64,000 bases of DNA from Octopus sinensis (Eukaryota): positions 81,406,001-81,470,000 of the forward strand of contig NC_043000.1 in assembly GCF_006345805.1 (NCBI RefSeq), written 5' to 3'. Numbering within the stretch: the stretch's first letter is position 1; each line of letters starts with the position of its first letter. Positions 13,131 through 27,469 of this stretch are shown here, in pieces. Under the pieces are notes generated by a model that had not been told where the DNA came from, did no database searches, and worked only from the letters and a program-made list of their open reading frames with translations. A program made the translations under genes and the position numbers.

Positions 13131-14738
13131 ATATTAATTTTGATATTTTGGTTATATTTTAACAAGCTTTGTATTCATGAATGCCTATCCACAGCCTTAC
13201 ACTGCAAAAATTTAAAACAGGAATCTTCATTTCTAAACAAAAATAACAACATTCTTACCAACTCAACCGCTGTCACACGGCGCTTAATCGTCTAAATATT
13301 GATAATCCTATTAATCCTGTTGTTGCTGTTGTTATTGCCACTGTCATTGTTTGCTCAGTAAATCACATTTTAATAAGTTTTAACAAAAATAAGGATTATC
13401 ATGATTCAATGACAAAATCAAACAAAAGAATAATATTCACAATAAAAGCTTTTCACTATTTTCCATAAGAAGGTTTTTGTTTCTATTTCTTTAATTGATT
13501 CCTGTAATTGTTTAAGATTTTCTCCAAATTCTTCAATGCTTGGTTTTAAATGATGGAACTGGTGGTTCGATCTTCTAAGCATTTATTTTTCTTGTTGTTG
13601 GTTTTCAACATAGATTTATTATTGTTTTGATGGTTTTTAGCTATTTTACCTTAATTTGTTGTAATATTAATGTTTTTCTATTTATTTGTGTGTGTGTGTG
13701 TGCATGCATATCTGCATATCTGCAAATAAATGAGAGAGTGTATGTGTGTGTCTCTGTGTGTGCACAAGTGTGTTTTGTATGTATGCATGTGTGTGTATGT
13801 GTATGTGTGTATGTACCATTGCACATATGTAAGAATATGCATGCTGTATTTGTATTTGTTTGTGTATATCTGCAAATGTGTATGTGTGTCTATATCTGCA
13901 ACTGTATGTGTGCTAGTGTCTATGTGTCTCTAGATGACAAGGACATGTGTAATTTTGTGTATGTGTGTGTGTACATATTTGTAAGTACATATCCATATGT
14001 GTATCAGAGTGTGTTTTGATGAGTGTACAGGTGTGTGTATTACTTAAAGTCTTACACTGACCAAGCATTTGCTTTATGGCATTTTCTTCATTGAAATTCC
14101 AATTGACAAATGCTGCCAGTTCAATGTCAGAGTCTAGCAACAAACTCTAAGTGGTGGATACATTTAACTGTGATGAATGAATAAACATAACAATTCTACT
14201 ACATATATTAACTAATATCTGCTTTGTTCAGAGCATAAATTTACAAAGACTTCATATAATTTATTTATATGTACACTCAGGCATATACACATGCACACAT
14301 ATATATAGTTATGTGTACACATATATACATACATGTACATGTATGAATGCATGTACATACATGCATATGGACACACACTCATACACATGCATGCACACAT
14401 TATTCAAACACTCTAGTTGAATAAGCAGTCAGGTAAATCTTAAAAAGTCCCAATCGAAATGAATTTTATTTTAAAGTTTACTTCAATTTTAATACTGAAT
14501 ATCTCCACCAGTAAATAAAATATTTTATCTTTATTCTTAAAATTATTTCAAAATGATAACCTTCAATTAATGTTTGCAAACATATATATGACTGTGTGGT
14601 AAGAAGCTTGCTTCCCAACCACATGGTTCCATGTTCAGTCCCACTGCATAGCACCTTGGGTAAGTGTCTTCTACTACAGCCTCAGGTCAACTGAAGTCTT
14701 GTGAACTGATTTTGTGGATGGAAACTGAAAGATGCCTG

Positions 14739-14773
<35 letters not shown>

Positions 14774-14779
14774 GATATT

Positions 14780-14929
14780 GAGAGTCATTCTGTTTATCAA
14801 TTAATACACTCACCAGATTGATTTCCATTCATTTACTTATTTATTTATAGAAAAAATAAATAAGTAAATGAGTGGAGATTGAACCAGTGAGTGTGTTAAT
14901 TAACAAGGCATTAAAACAGAGTGACTCTC
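14780..14929. mobile_element. Palindromic (fold-back) MITE-like element
   Basis: gagagtcattctgttt...cattcatttacttatttattt / aaataaataagtaaatgagtg...aaacagagtgactctc; a related half copy lies at about 52285-52372. Confidence 0.7.
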
Positions 14930-15064
14930 CCTAGCCGCAACAAAATATGCTTCAACACACAAATTCACATAAAGAATCTTGCCAACCAAATACAAAAACG
15001 AAGTGTGTGTATGTTTGTGTGTGTGTGTGTGTGTGTGTGTTTGTGTGCACGTGTGTGTGTATGT

Positions 15065-15560
15065 ATATATATAATATAAAATCCATTCTGTCTATCTGTG
15101 TGTCTGTTTTCTAGGATCTCGGGCATCCTCCATCCGATTGCACTCAAATTTGATATGTAGATACTGACGGTATCAAGGCGTGTATAAGTCTTGAAAAAAT
15201 TACAAAATTCGATTCCAGGTGAGAATGCAATCGATAAAGCCGTGGGAACGTGCATTTGTATGTGCAAGTACATCAACTGTTGCGATTGATACTACGCGTA
15301 CGCGAGAAAAATGCACGTGCAGTTTTCACAAAAAAAGCCGGCTGGCTTGAAATAATTCCACAAAATACAGTATATTTAAGAGACCAAAAAAGTAAGATGC
15401 AAAAGAGATATTTTCTTCAAACTTGACATGAAGGAAGGAAAGACTATTTGATTTCTCAAGAAATGTTTTTTTGCCTCAACCTCATTTAACAAAACGAAAA
15501 TTTTTATTGAAATAAAGGCATGCTTAATTATTTTTTAATGAAAAGAAAAGCAGATATGAT
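15065..15560 (+). mobile_element. Probable non-autonomous Helitron 5' portion
   Basis: Starts tatatataatataaaat..tgtctatctgtgtgtctg..gatctcgg..catccgattgcactcaaatttgatatgtag, the layout typical of small animal Helitrons; CpG-rich relative to flanks; no 3' CTRR/hairpin seen. Confidence 0.5.
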
Positions 15561-15660
15561 TCAGCACTGTTCATTGGACGTGGGGGGGGGGGTCATATAT
15601 ATATATACTTGTGTATGTGTGTGTGTATATATATGTATGTATGTATGTATTAACACACTA

Positions 15661-15819
15661 GGTGCAGGAGTGGCTGTGTGGTATCTTGCTTACCAACCAC
15701 ATGGTTCTGGGTTCAGTCCCACTGAATGGCACCTTGGGCAAGTGTCTTCTACTATAGCCTTGAGCCAACCAAAGCCTTGTGAGTGGGTTTGGTAGATGGA
15801 AACTGAAAGAAGCCCATTG

Positions 15820-15869
<50 letters not shown>

Positions 15870-16096
15870 TGTGTGTGTGTGTGTATGTATGTGTCTGTGT
15901 TTGTTACCCCACAATCACTTGACAACCAATAGTGGCGTGTCTGTATCCCCGTAACTTAGCAGTTCAGCAAAAGAACCTGATAGAATAAGCACTAGGCTTA
16001 CAAAGAATAAGTCCTGGGGTCAATTTGTTTGACTAAATGCGGTGGTCCAGCATGGCCACAGTCAAATGACTGAAACAAATAAAAGAATAAAAGAAT
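15661..16096 (+). mobile_element. Full-length tRNA-derived SINE, family A (CORE-like centre)
   Basis: A box TGGCTGTGTGG, B box GGTTCAGTCCC, caccttgggcaagtgtctt segment, internal (TA)/(TG) tract and (AAAAGAAT)n tail. Other copies at about 14590, 33185, 33546, 34980, 48465, 48941, 53822, 62805 and 63150. Confidence 0.9.
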
Positions 16097-16757
16097 ATGA
16101 CAGAAGTAAATAAACACCCTTATAATCATTAAAATTTATTTAAATCTGAAATTATACATTCAAATTATTTATTTATTATTATAATGTGAATATCTAAGCA
16201 GACATGCCCTTTGCATTTTTCAGTGCAAGGACCCTATTAGGCATGCTACTGATCAAATGATAAATATTCTCTCAGCCATCTCAGTCAAACAAAAAAATTG
16301 CAGGTGATTCAGCTAGATCTTTGATTAACATAATGATGTCACACTCTTATACTCCTTTGTGCACTGAATATAGGCATGCAAAGCAACATATACCTTTTAT
16401 CTACATATGTTCCACAAATCTGAACTGCTTTAATCAAATTTTGATAGTGTTGATACTAATTTGCATATGTTTTTAACAATAGTGTCACCCTTTAATATGT
16501 AGAATTTTTAATGGTAGTGATACCCATAAACATAAGTGCTTTTGGTGGTAGTGACATCCATATACGGTGCTGTCTCAAGGCATGGGCACTCTGAGCAGTT
16601 ACCTAAGAGCTTCATGGGTCAAGGGGATCCATTCTGCTATATTGCTGCCAACAAACTAAAATTACAGGCCCCAGTTCATTGCTCCTTTTTCCCAGGAGCC
16701 TATTATGTTGCTAAGACAACCCTACCTCCTACCCATCAACATATAATATTATCAATA

Positions 16758-16972
16758 GGCAGTGAGCTGGCAGAAATGTTAGCACGCCAGACGAAATGCT
16801 TAGCGGTATTTCATCTGTCTTTATGTTCTGAGTTCAAATTCTGCTGAAGTTGACTTTGCTTTTCATCCTTTTAGGGTCAATAAATTAAGTACCAGTTCCA
16901 TACTGGGGTCGATCTAATTGACTGGCCCCCTCCCCAAAAATTTTGGGCCTTGTGCCTAGAGTAGAAAAGAAT
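16758..16972 (+). mobile_element. Full-length tRNA-derived SINE, family B
   Basis: ggcagtgagctggcagaaatg head, B box gagttcaaattc, central ctttcatccttt..gggtcaataaattaagtaccag. Confidence 0.88.
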
Positions 16973-17507
16973 ATAATCAATAGTAGTGACACCTATTTGC
17001 ATATGGTATTTCTACTGAACATCAGCCAAAATATCTACAGTGGTCTTTTCATGTCTTTGGCAAACAGTTGATGAAATAGGCTATCCATTCAATAGTTTTC
17101 TGTTGTTGTCTTCCTCGAGGATGGTCAGAACATCCACTAGTTTCATTGAAGACATCCACATCATGGCTCATAGCCATCCAACTTTATCAACTATGTCTCA
17201 AAATACAATTTCTGCATATACTGTTGGTCAATTTTCAATTGCATTGCTAGCAATAAGCTTTTTATATTTACTCCTCACAAAAGATCATACTATGATGCAA
17301 CCAAACGGTGATTAGCATTTTTTCAATACTTAGCTAAAATACGAAACTGATTATCAAAAATGAAACAATTTTTTCCAGAATTATCTTACAGCAGGTAACA
17401 GTCATTTCTTGTGCCTTTTTAATGCCGTCAGTAATTGCATATCATGTTCCGGTAATTAAAATATTTATGCTTAAATTTACATGATATTACAGAGATATAC
17501 TTGCATA

Positions 17508-17747
17508 GCAAGTGACCTGATCTGAGATCATGTGCTGGAATGAAAACAATTGCAGCGTGGAAGGTATTTATAAACCATTTAAGAAACACACAAAATTCCG
17601 TGCTGCACGGAATTTTGTCAGTGAACAGTCGCGGTCTCAAAGCAATGAAAATATTTTGACAAATTAAATTTAAATGTTGAAGTGAATCTAACAGTTTTTG
17701 TGTGTTTCTTAAATGGCTTATAAACACCTTCCACACTGCAATTGTTT
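17508..17747. mobile_element. Fold-back element with about 52-bp inverted arms and an internal hairpin
   Basis: 17544-17595 is the inverted complement of 17696-17747; internal aaaattccgtg-ctg-cacggaatttt hairpin. Confidence 0.75.
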
Positions 17748-20076
17748 ACATGATATTCTTATTCATATATATTGTTTCAATAGTAACTGATTTTATAAAC
17801 AAAAAAATAGCACATAATCATCACTGTACTTCTGTTCTTTAATAAAGTGATTGGACAGCTTCCCGGCTGGTCAGCTCCCGTCAAACTGTCCAACCCATGC
17901 CAGCATGGAAAACAGACATTAAATGAAGATGATGATGTTACTCTATGTACATTTACATGCACGCACGTATATGTGTATGTACATATATAAATATATGTAT
18001 ATATGTTTCTATATGTGTATATGATATAGCTGTATATGCATGAGTGGTTATGTGTGTTATCTGTGTGTGTATAAATACACATACACACACACACACACAC
18101 ATGCACATATATATAGATAGATAGATAGATATATAGATAGATAGGTATAAATATATGTGTGTATATATAGTCATGTGTGGGTGTGTGTGTGTATGTACAT
18201 ACATACATGTATTCTTATAGCCCAGTGTATTTTAAGCCATTATGCTATTAATTATAGCTGATTTTGCTTTGAGCCATATTGTTAATAGACATTTGTTTAC
18301 ATTGTTCTGTATACTTTTATGTTACATTCTAAATATAAACAAAATTTCTCACTAATAAGATTAAAACATTTAATTTGATGGAAGAAAGTAAAAGGAGTGC
18401 TTTAGTACATTTGGTAACATGTTTATTAGAGTTACTGAGGATATATAGTTTGAGTTAGACAAGTACTTTTCTTCTTTTGTTCCTTCCAAGGAATTTTTTA
18501 AACTCTTATTTATGGCTGAATTTGCTTTGGGATAATAACAATATGGTCTGAAGTCCAGTCCCACTGCACGGCACCCTGGATTGATCAAAGCCTTGTGAGC
18601 TGATTTGGTAGACAGAAACGTGTGTGTGTGTGTGTGTACCTTTGTTTTGGCATCTCATTATGACTTTAATTAAGCAGCAGCTCTATCATAAGCAATGTCT
18701 TTTGTTTCTGGTCTTCTGTGAAAAATATGTCTTACCATGGGGAGTATGATGTTGCTTGGAAACAAGTGAGGTTTGGTGACCGGAATGATATCAGTGTGTA
18801 GAAAATCTGCCTCAAAGAATTCTATCAGACCCTTATGCAAGCTTGGAAAAGTAGACATTAAACAATGATGATGATGGATGTGTGCGTGTGTGCGTGTGTG
18901 CGTGTGTGCGTGCGTGTGAACGACATGTTGTTGCTTATTCTGATAGGAAACAACAGTTAAAATGTGATGATGAAACCTTTGATGTCCTCATCTAAATATT
19001 TTCTCAGACAACATTCAACAGTTGTCCAAAATGTAAACCACAGCTTAATGGAACTGTGGAGGAAGTTAAAAAGAATGATCAAACAATAAAATACTGTTCT
19101 GGTTAATGAGAAGATCAAAATGATTATGTCCAACCTAATTATGATAAATTGTTAGAAAATCTAAGCCAATGGTCTATTGATAATTAAAACTGTACCACAC
19201 AGATGGTGTGGGAGACTTTATCGTTCAACCATGATCAAAGATTCTCAAAAGCAATTTTGGAGGATCCAATTTCCAGACTTTGGTCAATCATAATGTGTTC
19301 TTATTCTGCCTTGGTGGTTGAATGCCACTCTTTTATGAGTGGTTGGGTTCTGTTCTAAGTTTTAAAATCATTTAAACCATATTTTACTACATTTTTTTCC
19401 CCAACAATTTAACACATTATAATTGTTTATTTATCTATTTATTTATTTGCTGAGTCTATAAAAATGGTCTGTGTTCACGATCTTTGTAGTACCTCTAAGA
19501 CTGTTGGGCTTGGCCTCTTTAATGTTCCTATTAAATTGTTGCAGCTCAGCTCCTTTGGTAAGACATGACTCACTTAAATCCTTCACTCCCCATATAACAT
19601 AGGTCATCAATGAATTTTTTTCCACTGTTCTCAACTCTGGACTGTCTTTTGGATCCCTGCTTTTTCCTTTCAGATTTTGTTGCACTATATCAGTGGTGTA
19701 TGGTGGTTATTATCATTGGTTGTGCTGTCACACTGACTGTACTATGACTAACATTACTGTTACTCTAATTAGGCATACAAACTGTGTATTTCTATTCAAA
19801 ATGCAGGACCTAGTGAAGGTACAAGATCAGCCAGGGCCCTACAGACAGACTGTTATAGTAGCAAACCAGCAAGTTCCTATAAATTAAGGCTGTTATTATT
19901 ATTATTGGTAATAAGGTGGCAACCTCAGTAGTGTATGTGGCCCATAAGAAACACCCATTACATACTGTAAAGTGGTGGGCATTTGGAAGGGTGCCCAGAT
20001 ACACTGGAGCTTGATGCAATTCTTGAACTTAGTGGGTCCTGTGAAACCATGCAATCCATACTGGCATGGAACATTA

Positions 20077-20109
<33 letters not shown>

Positions 20110-20839
20110 GGTGGTGATGATGATGATCTCCAATCTTGAAAGGCCTGCAAAGGTCAAGGACACGTCCTTTCCCTCTAGACTCAGTAAATAAAAAAATAAA
20201 AAACGGAAGACACATTTTGTAGATCCCTTATTTTCAATATTATTTATCTTCTAAAATATTATCAATTCGTATAACCTAATGAGGGTGATTATCTAAGTAA
20301 TAGAATTCCTTAATTAACATGCATCATTTAATACAGCTAATCACATGAGTAATGCAAGAATAGTATGATTGTTTGTTTAAAGTATTTAATTTCTGATTAT
20401 ATCATGGATTGTTATGCCTTTCAGTCTTATACATTAGGTTTAAGTAGTAGCCTGAGTTAGGATTGGCTATTTAACAGAGTTCCCAACCCATAAAACAATT
20501 GAACAATACTAAGAATCTGGTAATGTTAAAGATGTGATGTGTACGTTTCAAACAAATTCATGCCAATATGCTACAGTTGCTAATTATTTTCCATCTTAAT
20601 GCCATCACTGGTTAATATCTTTTGGTTATTATGTTAGAGTGTCAAGTCTTCCTGCATACATTACTATGCATAAGTGGACAGAGCATGGCCAAATGGTTAA
20701 GAAGTTTGCTTTGCAGTCACAAGGTTTTGGGTTCAAATACCGCATGATATTGTGAGCAAGTATCTTTTACTACTACTTCAGTTCTACTCAAGCTTTGTGA
20801 ATAAAATTAGATGTCAACTGTGTGGAAGCCTGTCAAATG

Positions 20840-21045
20840 GATTGAATCAATCTTCTTCTCTTGCTTCAATTCTGCAACCTCATTCACATCAATGTGATGT
20901 TGCCAGTCTTAGTCTTTTCTATTATCATAGCTACATGAAGTGCTCTGATGAACTTCCTTTCTCAATTCCAGATCCCTTTGTTCCACCTCACCTCACTTGA
21001 AACTCACAGCATCTTCATCCAAATACTGTTGGGCTTCCCCAAATA
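20840..21045 (+). mobile_element. CR1/Jockey-group LINE ORF2 C-terminal remnant
   Basis: LQPHSHQCDVASLSLFYYHSYMKCSDEL..IP resembles the LQPLSHRRDVASLSLFYRYY.G.CS.EL motif downstream of the RT in such LINEs. Confidence 0.65.
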
Positions 21046-21104
21046 GTGAAGTTGTTTTTCTACATTTGTAAAACTTGCTCTGATCCACAGCTCACTTCAT
21101 CTAC

Positions 21105-21331
21105 TCACAACGCTTCATCAACCAAGAGGAAGTGGAAGCTTTAGTGAAAGAGTTCTTCACCTTGAAGGACAAAAACAGATATCACTGTAGGATGAAACAA
21201 CTGGCAGTAAGATGGCTTAAGACAGTGCAACACGATGGCCTCCACTTTGAATGCTAAGCTGTTTTTGTGGTAACTTAATGAATAATGCAAACAGGTTGCC
21301 AAATATTGCAAAACTTTTGACTTAACACAAT
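21105..21331 (+). mobile_element. Mariner transposon 3' end
   Basis: RFINQEEVEALVKEFFTLKDKNRYHCRMKQLAVRWLKTVQHDGLHFEC* fits the mariner C-terminus (L..RW.K....G.YFE), followed by a TIR-like aaaacttttgacttaacacaata. Confidence 0.7.
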
Positions 21332-22639
21332 ATGTCATACTGTAGGAAGGGGATGCTAAGAGTGTGTGTGCAGTAGAGTGAGAAAAAGATTCAAATGGAT
21401 GCAATGAATGCTTTTGTCACACATGCACACACAATAATAAACTGTGAGTATATGTGTGCCAGTGAGTGGGCAGTACGGGTATACGTGCACATATCATTGG
21501 TGCTTGCAAATAAGTGAGTGCTTGTGTATAGATAGATACAAAAAATTGTTTTGTAACTATTATATTAATAACTGTATTCCTAACTTATTTTGTAAAAGAT
21601 GTATGATAGTATATCCTCAATATGGATGCTATAAACAATACTAAGGTTGACTAAACCCCACCTCCAAATTTGAAGTTTGTGTCTGCATTTGAAACAAGTA
21701 TTTTCAAGACATGAATGGCAAAAAACAAAAGAGCACCATAAAATGTATTATGGCATTTAATAACATCTCTTTGTGTTTGTTAGAGTTATTCTCTGGGGCT
21801 TCTAAATTATGCAACAAATCTAAATTTTGGGATCATCTCAGTCCAGTTTAAAAAAAATTGAATTGACATGATGTTGGTGAGTTATGGGTGTAGTGATAAT
21901 TATGTTGCAAGTGAGAAGTGTTAACTGCCGTGTTGACTGTTAACATGGAAACTGTGTGAGGCAATTGTTGTTGCTAGGCCTAACTCATTATAAAGCAGAT
22001 CCCATCATGAGTGATATCTAGGCTACAATGGAGAAGGCGAGCAGCAAGATTTGGTTTAAAGGACATGATGAGCAATGGCTTGAAGAATATTGAGTAAAAT
22101 CTAGCAACCAGTTGATCCAGCAAGCAGAGCCTCATCTCAATCATGATGTTGTTGAGAGGAAGGCCCTGATACTGTATTCATTTTCTCCTGATGGCCCTAT
22201 AAGTTTGCTACTACCTGACATGCGGAGCTTTCAGCCAGTAACATTTGCATCTGCAAGTTGTTTGCAAAAAATCGTAGAAGACATTGCATGTCAGAGGTGT
22301 CAATGTTAATGTTGAATCAGAGAGGAGATTGCAAGGGAGAGGCATCCACTGGTTGTTTGAACCATTAGTACTGAGTATCAGTGTAGTGAGAATATATAAC
22401 ACCCAATAAATATTGGTGACAATACAGAGAAGTTGGGGGAAAGAATGCCAGATGTAATTCTACATGCTTATTTAAAAAGACAAAAATAACTTGAAACAAC
22501 CTCATTAAATTTATGTCTAACATATTCTATATTGATAAAAATTAATTGGGTAAGACACAAGTTTTTGTTAATTAAGAGCAAACAAATATGTGTTTATGTA
22601 TGTATATATATATATCAGTATATCTATCAGTCTGTCTTT

Positions 22640-22805
<166 letters not shown>

Positions 22806-23443
22806 TATGCAGTCATCAGTATGTTGGTTACATTTCAGAATAATAACATATATGCATATGTTTTTGTGTGTGCCTAAACATATATGCATATACATTGCAT
22901 GCACACACACATGTATGAGTGCATGCACATGCACACACTGAATGTTTTTATCATATGTTCTTCTTTAATGATGAAACTAGACATTATCAGTAGATTACCC
23001 ATTGTGTGTGTGTGTGTGTAATTCTGTGTACGTGTGTGTGCATCTATGTATGGTTATGTGTGTGTATGTATCTGTATATATATATTTATATACATACATA
23101 TATATATATGTATGTATGCATTCATGTATGTATGCATGCATGTATGTATGTATATATGTATGTATGTATATGTATATGTATAATACACTTATATTGTATA
23201 TACAGACTCATAATTATATAATTTAATATCATAAGTGTAATAACCTTATAGTATGCTTTCCAGTGGTCCTTTACATGTATTGGCTACTATATGCTGTCAT
23301 ACAGGAATTCTGCTAATATCTACAGAATTTATACAAATTTACTCCATCTTCTTGCATTAAGACTTATAATTATATATATGTGTTTGTGTGTGTGTGTTTG
23401 TTTGTGTGTGCATATGTATGTGTGTATGTAATGTGTGTGTGCA

Positions 23444-23521
<78 letters not shown>

Positions 23522-24081
23522 TATGTACACAAATGTATGTGTATATGTGTATGTATATCATAACATTATATGCGTATATATGCATACATATATGTATGTA
23601 TATCATCGTTTTAATGTTCCCTTTTCCATGCTTGTGAAAGTAGGATGGTATTTATTGAGGTTAATTTACCACAGTTGGATGCCTTTCTTCTCATTAATCC
23701 TTGCCTGATTCCAGGCAAGGCAATATTTCCTCATGGCCAAATGTTTTTCTCGGAATATTGGAAATGAATAACATTCATTTACAACAATTATGCAAGATGT
23801 CAAGATGAGGTGGCACAAACATACACACACTCACACACACACACAATTTTACATACACACATAAGAAATCTAAATATGTATGCATATATGTGTGTGTATG
23901 TATAATAGATAGATAGATACACACACACATATACACATACATACACATATCTATAGTTTACTGTTCTGTTATAGGTAGGATCAACAGGAAAAGTTATTCC
24001 ATCCAGAGATAGGTCATTATCATTTAATATACACTGTATTTAAGAGGTACTAATAGTTTCATGCTGTAGAAACAAAATATA

Positions 24082-26409
24082 TGGAGGCATGCCTCATTTT
24101 ACACAACCCCAATTTATGAAACCTCATCTTTACAAATTATAGATGAAAAATGAAAAAAATTGGTTACCATTGCAACAAGCATCACTCCTAGTCTGACAAC
24201 ATTTGTTACCTTGAGCAATCACCTGCAACTGCTTTTTTGGATTTGAAGTGTGTTAGTGCCTGAAGTGTGTTAGTGCCTCCATTCAATTCATCTTTTTTTA
24301 AACTTTTTACACATCCTTATTTTTTGAATACCCTTATGATGGCTTCAAAAAGAAAGAATTGTGAGATGCAAAGCAAGGATAAGAAGAAACATTAAGCAAT
24401 TACTTTAGAAATAAAATACGAATTAATTAAACAACACGAAAAAGATGAAACTGTTATAGATTTATCAAAAAATTTAATATGGCTCCTTCATCTGTTTGTA
24501 CCATCTTGAAACAAAAGGAAGATTATTTAAAGAAAGTTAAAGGAAGTCACTCTATAAATTCAACTTGGTTACAAAGAAAAGATAATGAATGTTTAATTTC
24601 ACACAGAAAAAGTTCTGACACCTTGGATTAACAATCAAATTCATAAACTTTATATGCCACTTAGTCAGGCTATAATTGGCTGTAAAGCAATTTCCCTTTT
24701 TAACTTGGTTAAGGAAAAATCAGATGGATCAAATGAAACACTTGTAGTGAGCAATGGTTGGTTTGATTGTTGCAAAGCACAAGCAAATTTACACATTATG
24801 AAGATCCATGGAGAACCGTCTAGCACAGATCAAAATGTTGCAGAAACTCTCCCTTGCCAATTAGAATATTTGATTGAAGAAGGCTTTATGCCATCTCAAA
24901 TATTTAATGTGGCTGAGACAGATCTATTTTGGAAATAAATGCCTTCAAGGACTTTTATTGCAAGAGAAGAATCTTCAATGCTAAGGGGACTGCAAACTCA
25001 AGCCCATGCTTATTTATTTATCTGAAAACCCCCATGCTTTAAAAGGAATTGATAAGATGAAACTTCCGGTAATCAGGAAGCATAACAAAAAAGGTTGGGC
25101 GACAGGAACTCTATTTGAAGTTTGGTTTTCTAATCACTTTTTTCTGAAGTAGAAAAATATTGCAAGGATAAAAAAATTTCTTTCAAGATTTTTTTTGATA
25201 ATGGATAATGCCCCCAGTTATGCTGCATTTTTGAAGCATTACCATCAAAATATTAATGTTCTTTTTTTACCTCCCAATACAATGTCTTTATTGCAGCCTA
25301 TGGATCAAAGAGCATTTTCATCGTTTAAATCTTACTATCTCTGTTTCACCTTTGAAAAACTCCTCAAAGTGACTGATAAAGAAAATGGTCCTACAATTCA
25401 AGAATTTTGGAAGCGTTTCAACATCTTTGATGCAATAAAGTTGACAAAGAAAGCATGGGATAAAGTCACCATGAAGAACATGAAAGGAATTTGGAAAAAT
25501 CTCTGCCCCAAATTAATTGACAATTTTGAAGGATTTGATCATCTTCATGAAGGTCTTCAAAAGAAACGGATACAATCACAAACATAAACATTGGAAAGGA
25601 GTTGAACTTTGAAATTTCACCTGAAGATGATAAAGAAGCTCTTTATGCTGTCAGTGAGGAAATCACAAATGAAGTATTGCTAGAAATGAGTAAGTTTGAA
25701 CGTGAAGGAGAAGGAGGAGGAGGAGGAGGAGGAGGAGGAGGAGATGAAGAAGAAGAAGAAGAAGAAGAAGAAGAAGAAGAAGAAGAAGAAGAAGAAGAAG
25801 AAGAAGAAGAAGAAGAAGAATGATAATAATAATAATAATAATCACCTGAAAGATGCTTTGCTGCAAAAAATCTAAATGAAGCATTTCTTCACATCAATAA
25901 AGCAATTGAAATCTTTGAGCTGCAAGACACCAATTTTGAAAGAAGCTCAAATGTTGCTGCAAATTTAATGGGAAGTCATGTTTGTTATTAGGAAATCTAG
26001 CATGAAATGAAGAAGAAATCTTTTCAACAAGCAACAAAGAAAACTAATGTGGAACAAACCTTAAAACAAGAAGAAACTCAACAAATGGAATAGACAGAGG
26101 CACTCAAGAGGCCCCAGTGATGGCAGACCTGATTGATACGAATTAAATTTCATGAGCTGAATTTTTTTGTCGTATATGTTTTTCAATTTTTTTTCATTTT
26201 GTAGTTTGTGATTTAATACAAAAATTATACTCTTGAATATTGCTATTTTTTTTCAACTTTAGAAAGTTTAAGAACCAACTTCTTTAGTGGGAACCAATTA
26301 AAGGTATATTCATTGTTTCTTATGGATGATAATATCCCACTATACAAATTTTTCACTTTATGAATCTAGTCAGGAATGAATTAATTCATAAACATGGTCT
26401 CTGCCTCTA
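24082..26409 (+). mobile_element. Decayed full-length Tigger/pogo DNA transposon
   Basis: TA-flanked degenerate termini (tggaggca.../...tgcctcta), about 2.3 kb, enclosing a disrupted transposase. Confidence 0.8.
24336..26093 (+). pseudogene. Tigger/pogo (CENP-B/TIGD-like) DDE transposase pseudogene
   Basis: AITLEIKYELIKQHE..SSVCTILK (N-terminal HTH), MPLSQAII..KA..SNGWF (CENP-B HTH), QIFNVAETDLFWK, MDNAPSY, FLPPNTMSLLQPMDQ; multiple stops and frameshifts. Confidence 0.9.
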
Positions 26410-27469
26410 TATATCAGTCTTGTGTCTCCAAGCAATCCCTCAGGTTTATTTTATTTGAAAAATAGAACGCTGGACTTATTTGAAAACCAGGACACTGGTC
26501 TATGAGAAGACATGAAAAAAATGAGTAGAAAATAGATGTAAAAGGTACAATGAGAAAAGGTGGAATGAAATAACAAAAGATGAATAAAAGTGAAAACTAA
26601 AGAAAAGAAGAAAAGAGATGCATCTCCTTTATCCATTGTAAACATAATTAATCTTGTTGAAGCAGAATAATTCAATGGGGAAAAGACCAAAGTCATTGAG
26701 ACAGCTGTTCAATCTGAAGAGAGTGGTGACCTCCAGTTCAACAAAAGAAATTTACCCATGTGCTTGCATTTGCTAAAAATTTAAGATCTGGAATTAAATA
26801 GTGTGGGGGAATTCTTGGATCTGAAAAGAATGTAAGATTTTTCTACTATACCTAGCTTGCATCTCTGATCCATTTATATCTGGCATAGATTTCTCCACAA
26901 TGCTTCACTTGATTGTATGTGATGTGCTATTGGTCTTCAGGGAATACAACTCTTGTTTTTTTCCCTTTTCATTTGCCTTTTGTTTTCTTGTAACACTTTT
27001 TCTCATTCCATCTTTTGTATTCACCTTGTTTTTCTCATGTTTTCTCATTGACCAATATCTTAGCTTCCAAATAAGTGCAGCCATGTGTATTTAAGGATTG
27101 CTTAGATACACAAGCCATGAAATATAAATCTGCCAAATTGTTCTGTTTCCACAGCATGAAAATATAAGTAGCTCATAATGTGCATATGAAATGATATGCA
27201 TGTATGTATGTACATATGTACATACATATATTTATGTGTGTGTGTGTATGTGTATGAATGTATGTATTCATGTATGTATATGCATATTTACATATATATA
27301 TATGCATGTATACACATATGTATATATATGTATGTCTAGGCATATCTATTTATATATAGATATGTATATATGCATGTATACACATAAGTATGTATATGTG
27401 CATATGTCTATGTATATGTGTATATATATCTGTATGTAAGTGTGAGCATGTGTATGTATATGTGTGTAT

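Noticed and set aside
15661-15730. tRNA genes at SINE heads (also 16758, 28800, 59657)
   Set aside because: A and B boxes are present but there is no cloverleaf, and each continues into a SINE body.
21850-22425. Possible LTR retrotransposon remnant (aataaa..ttggtgac)
   Set aside because: No paired LTR and no recognisable gag/pol motif.
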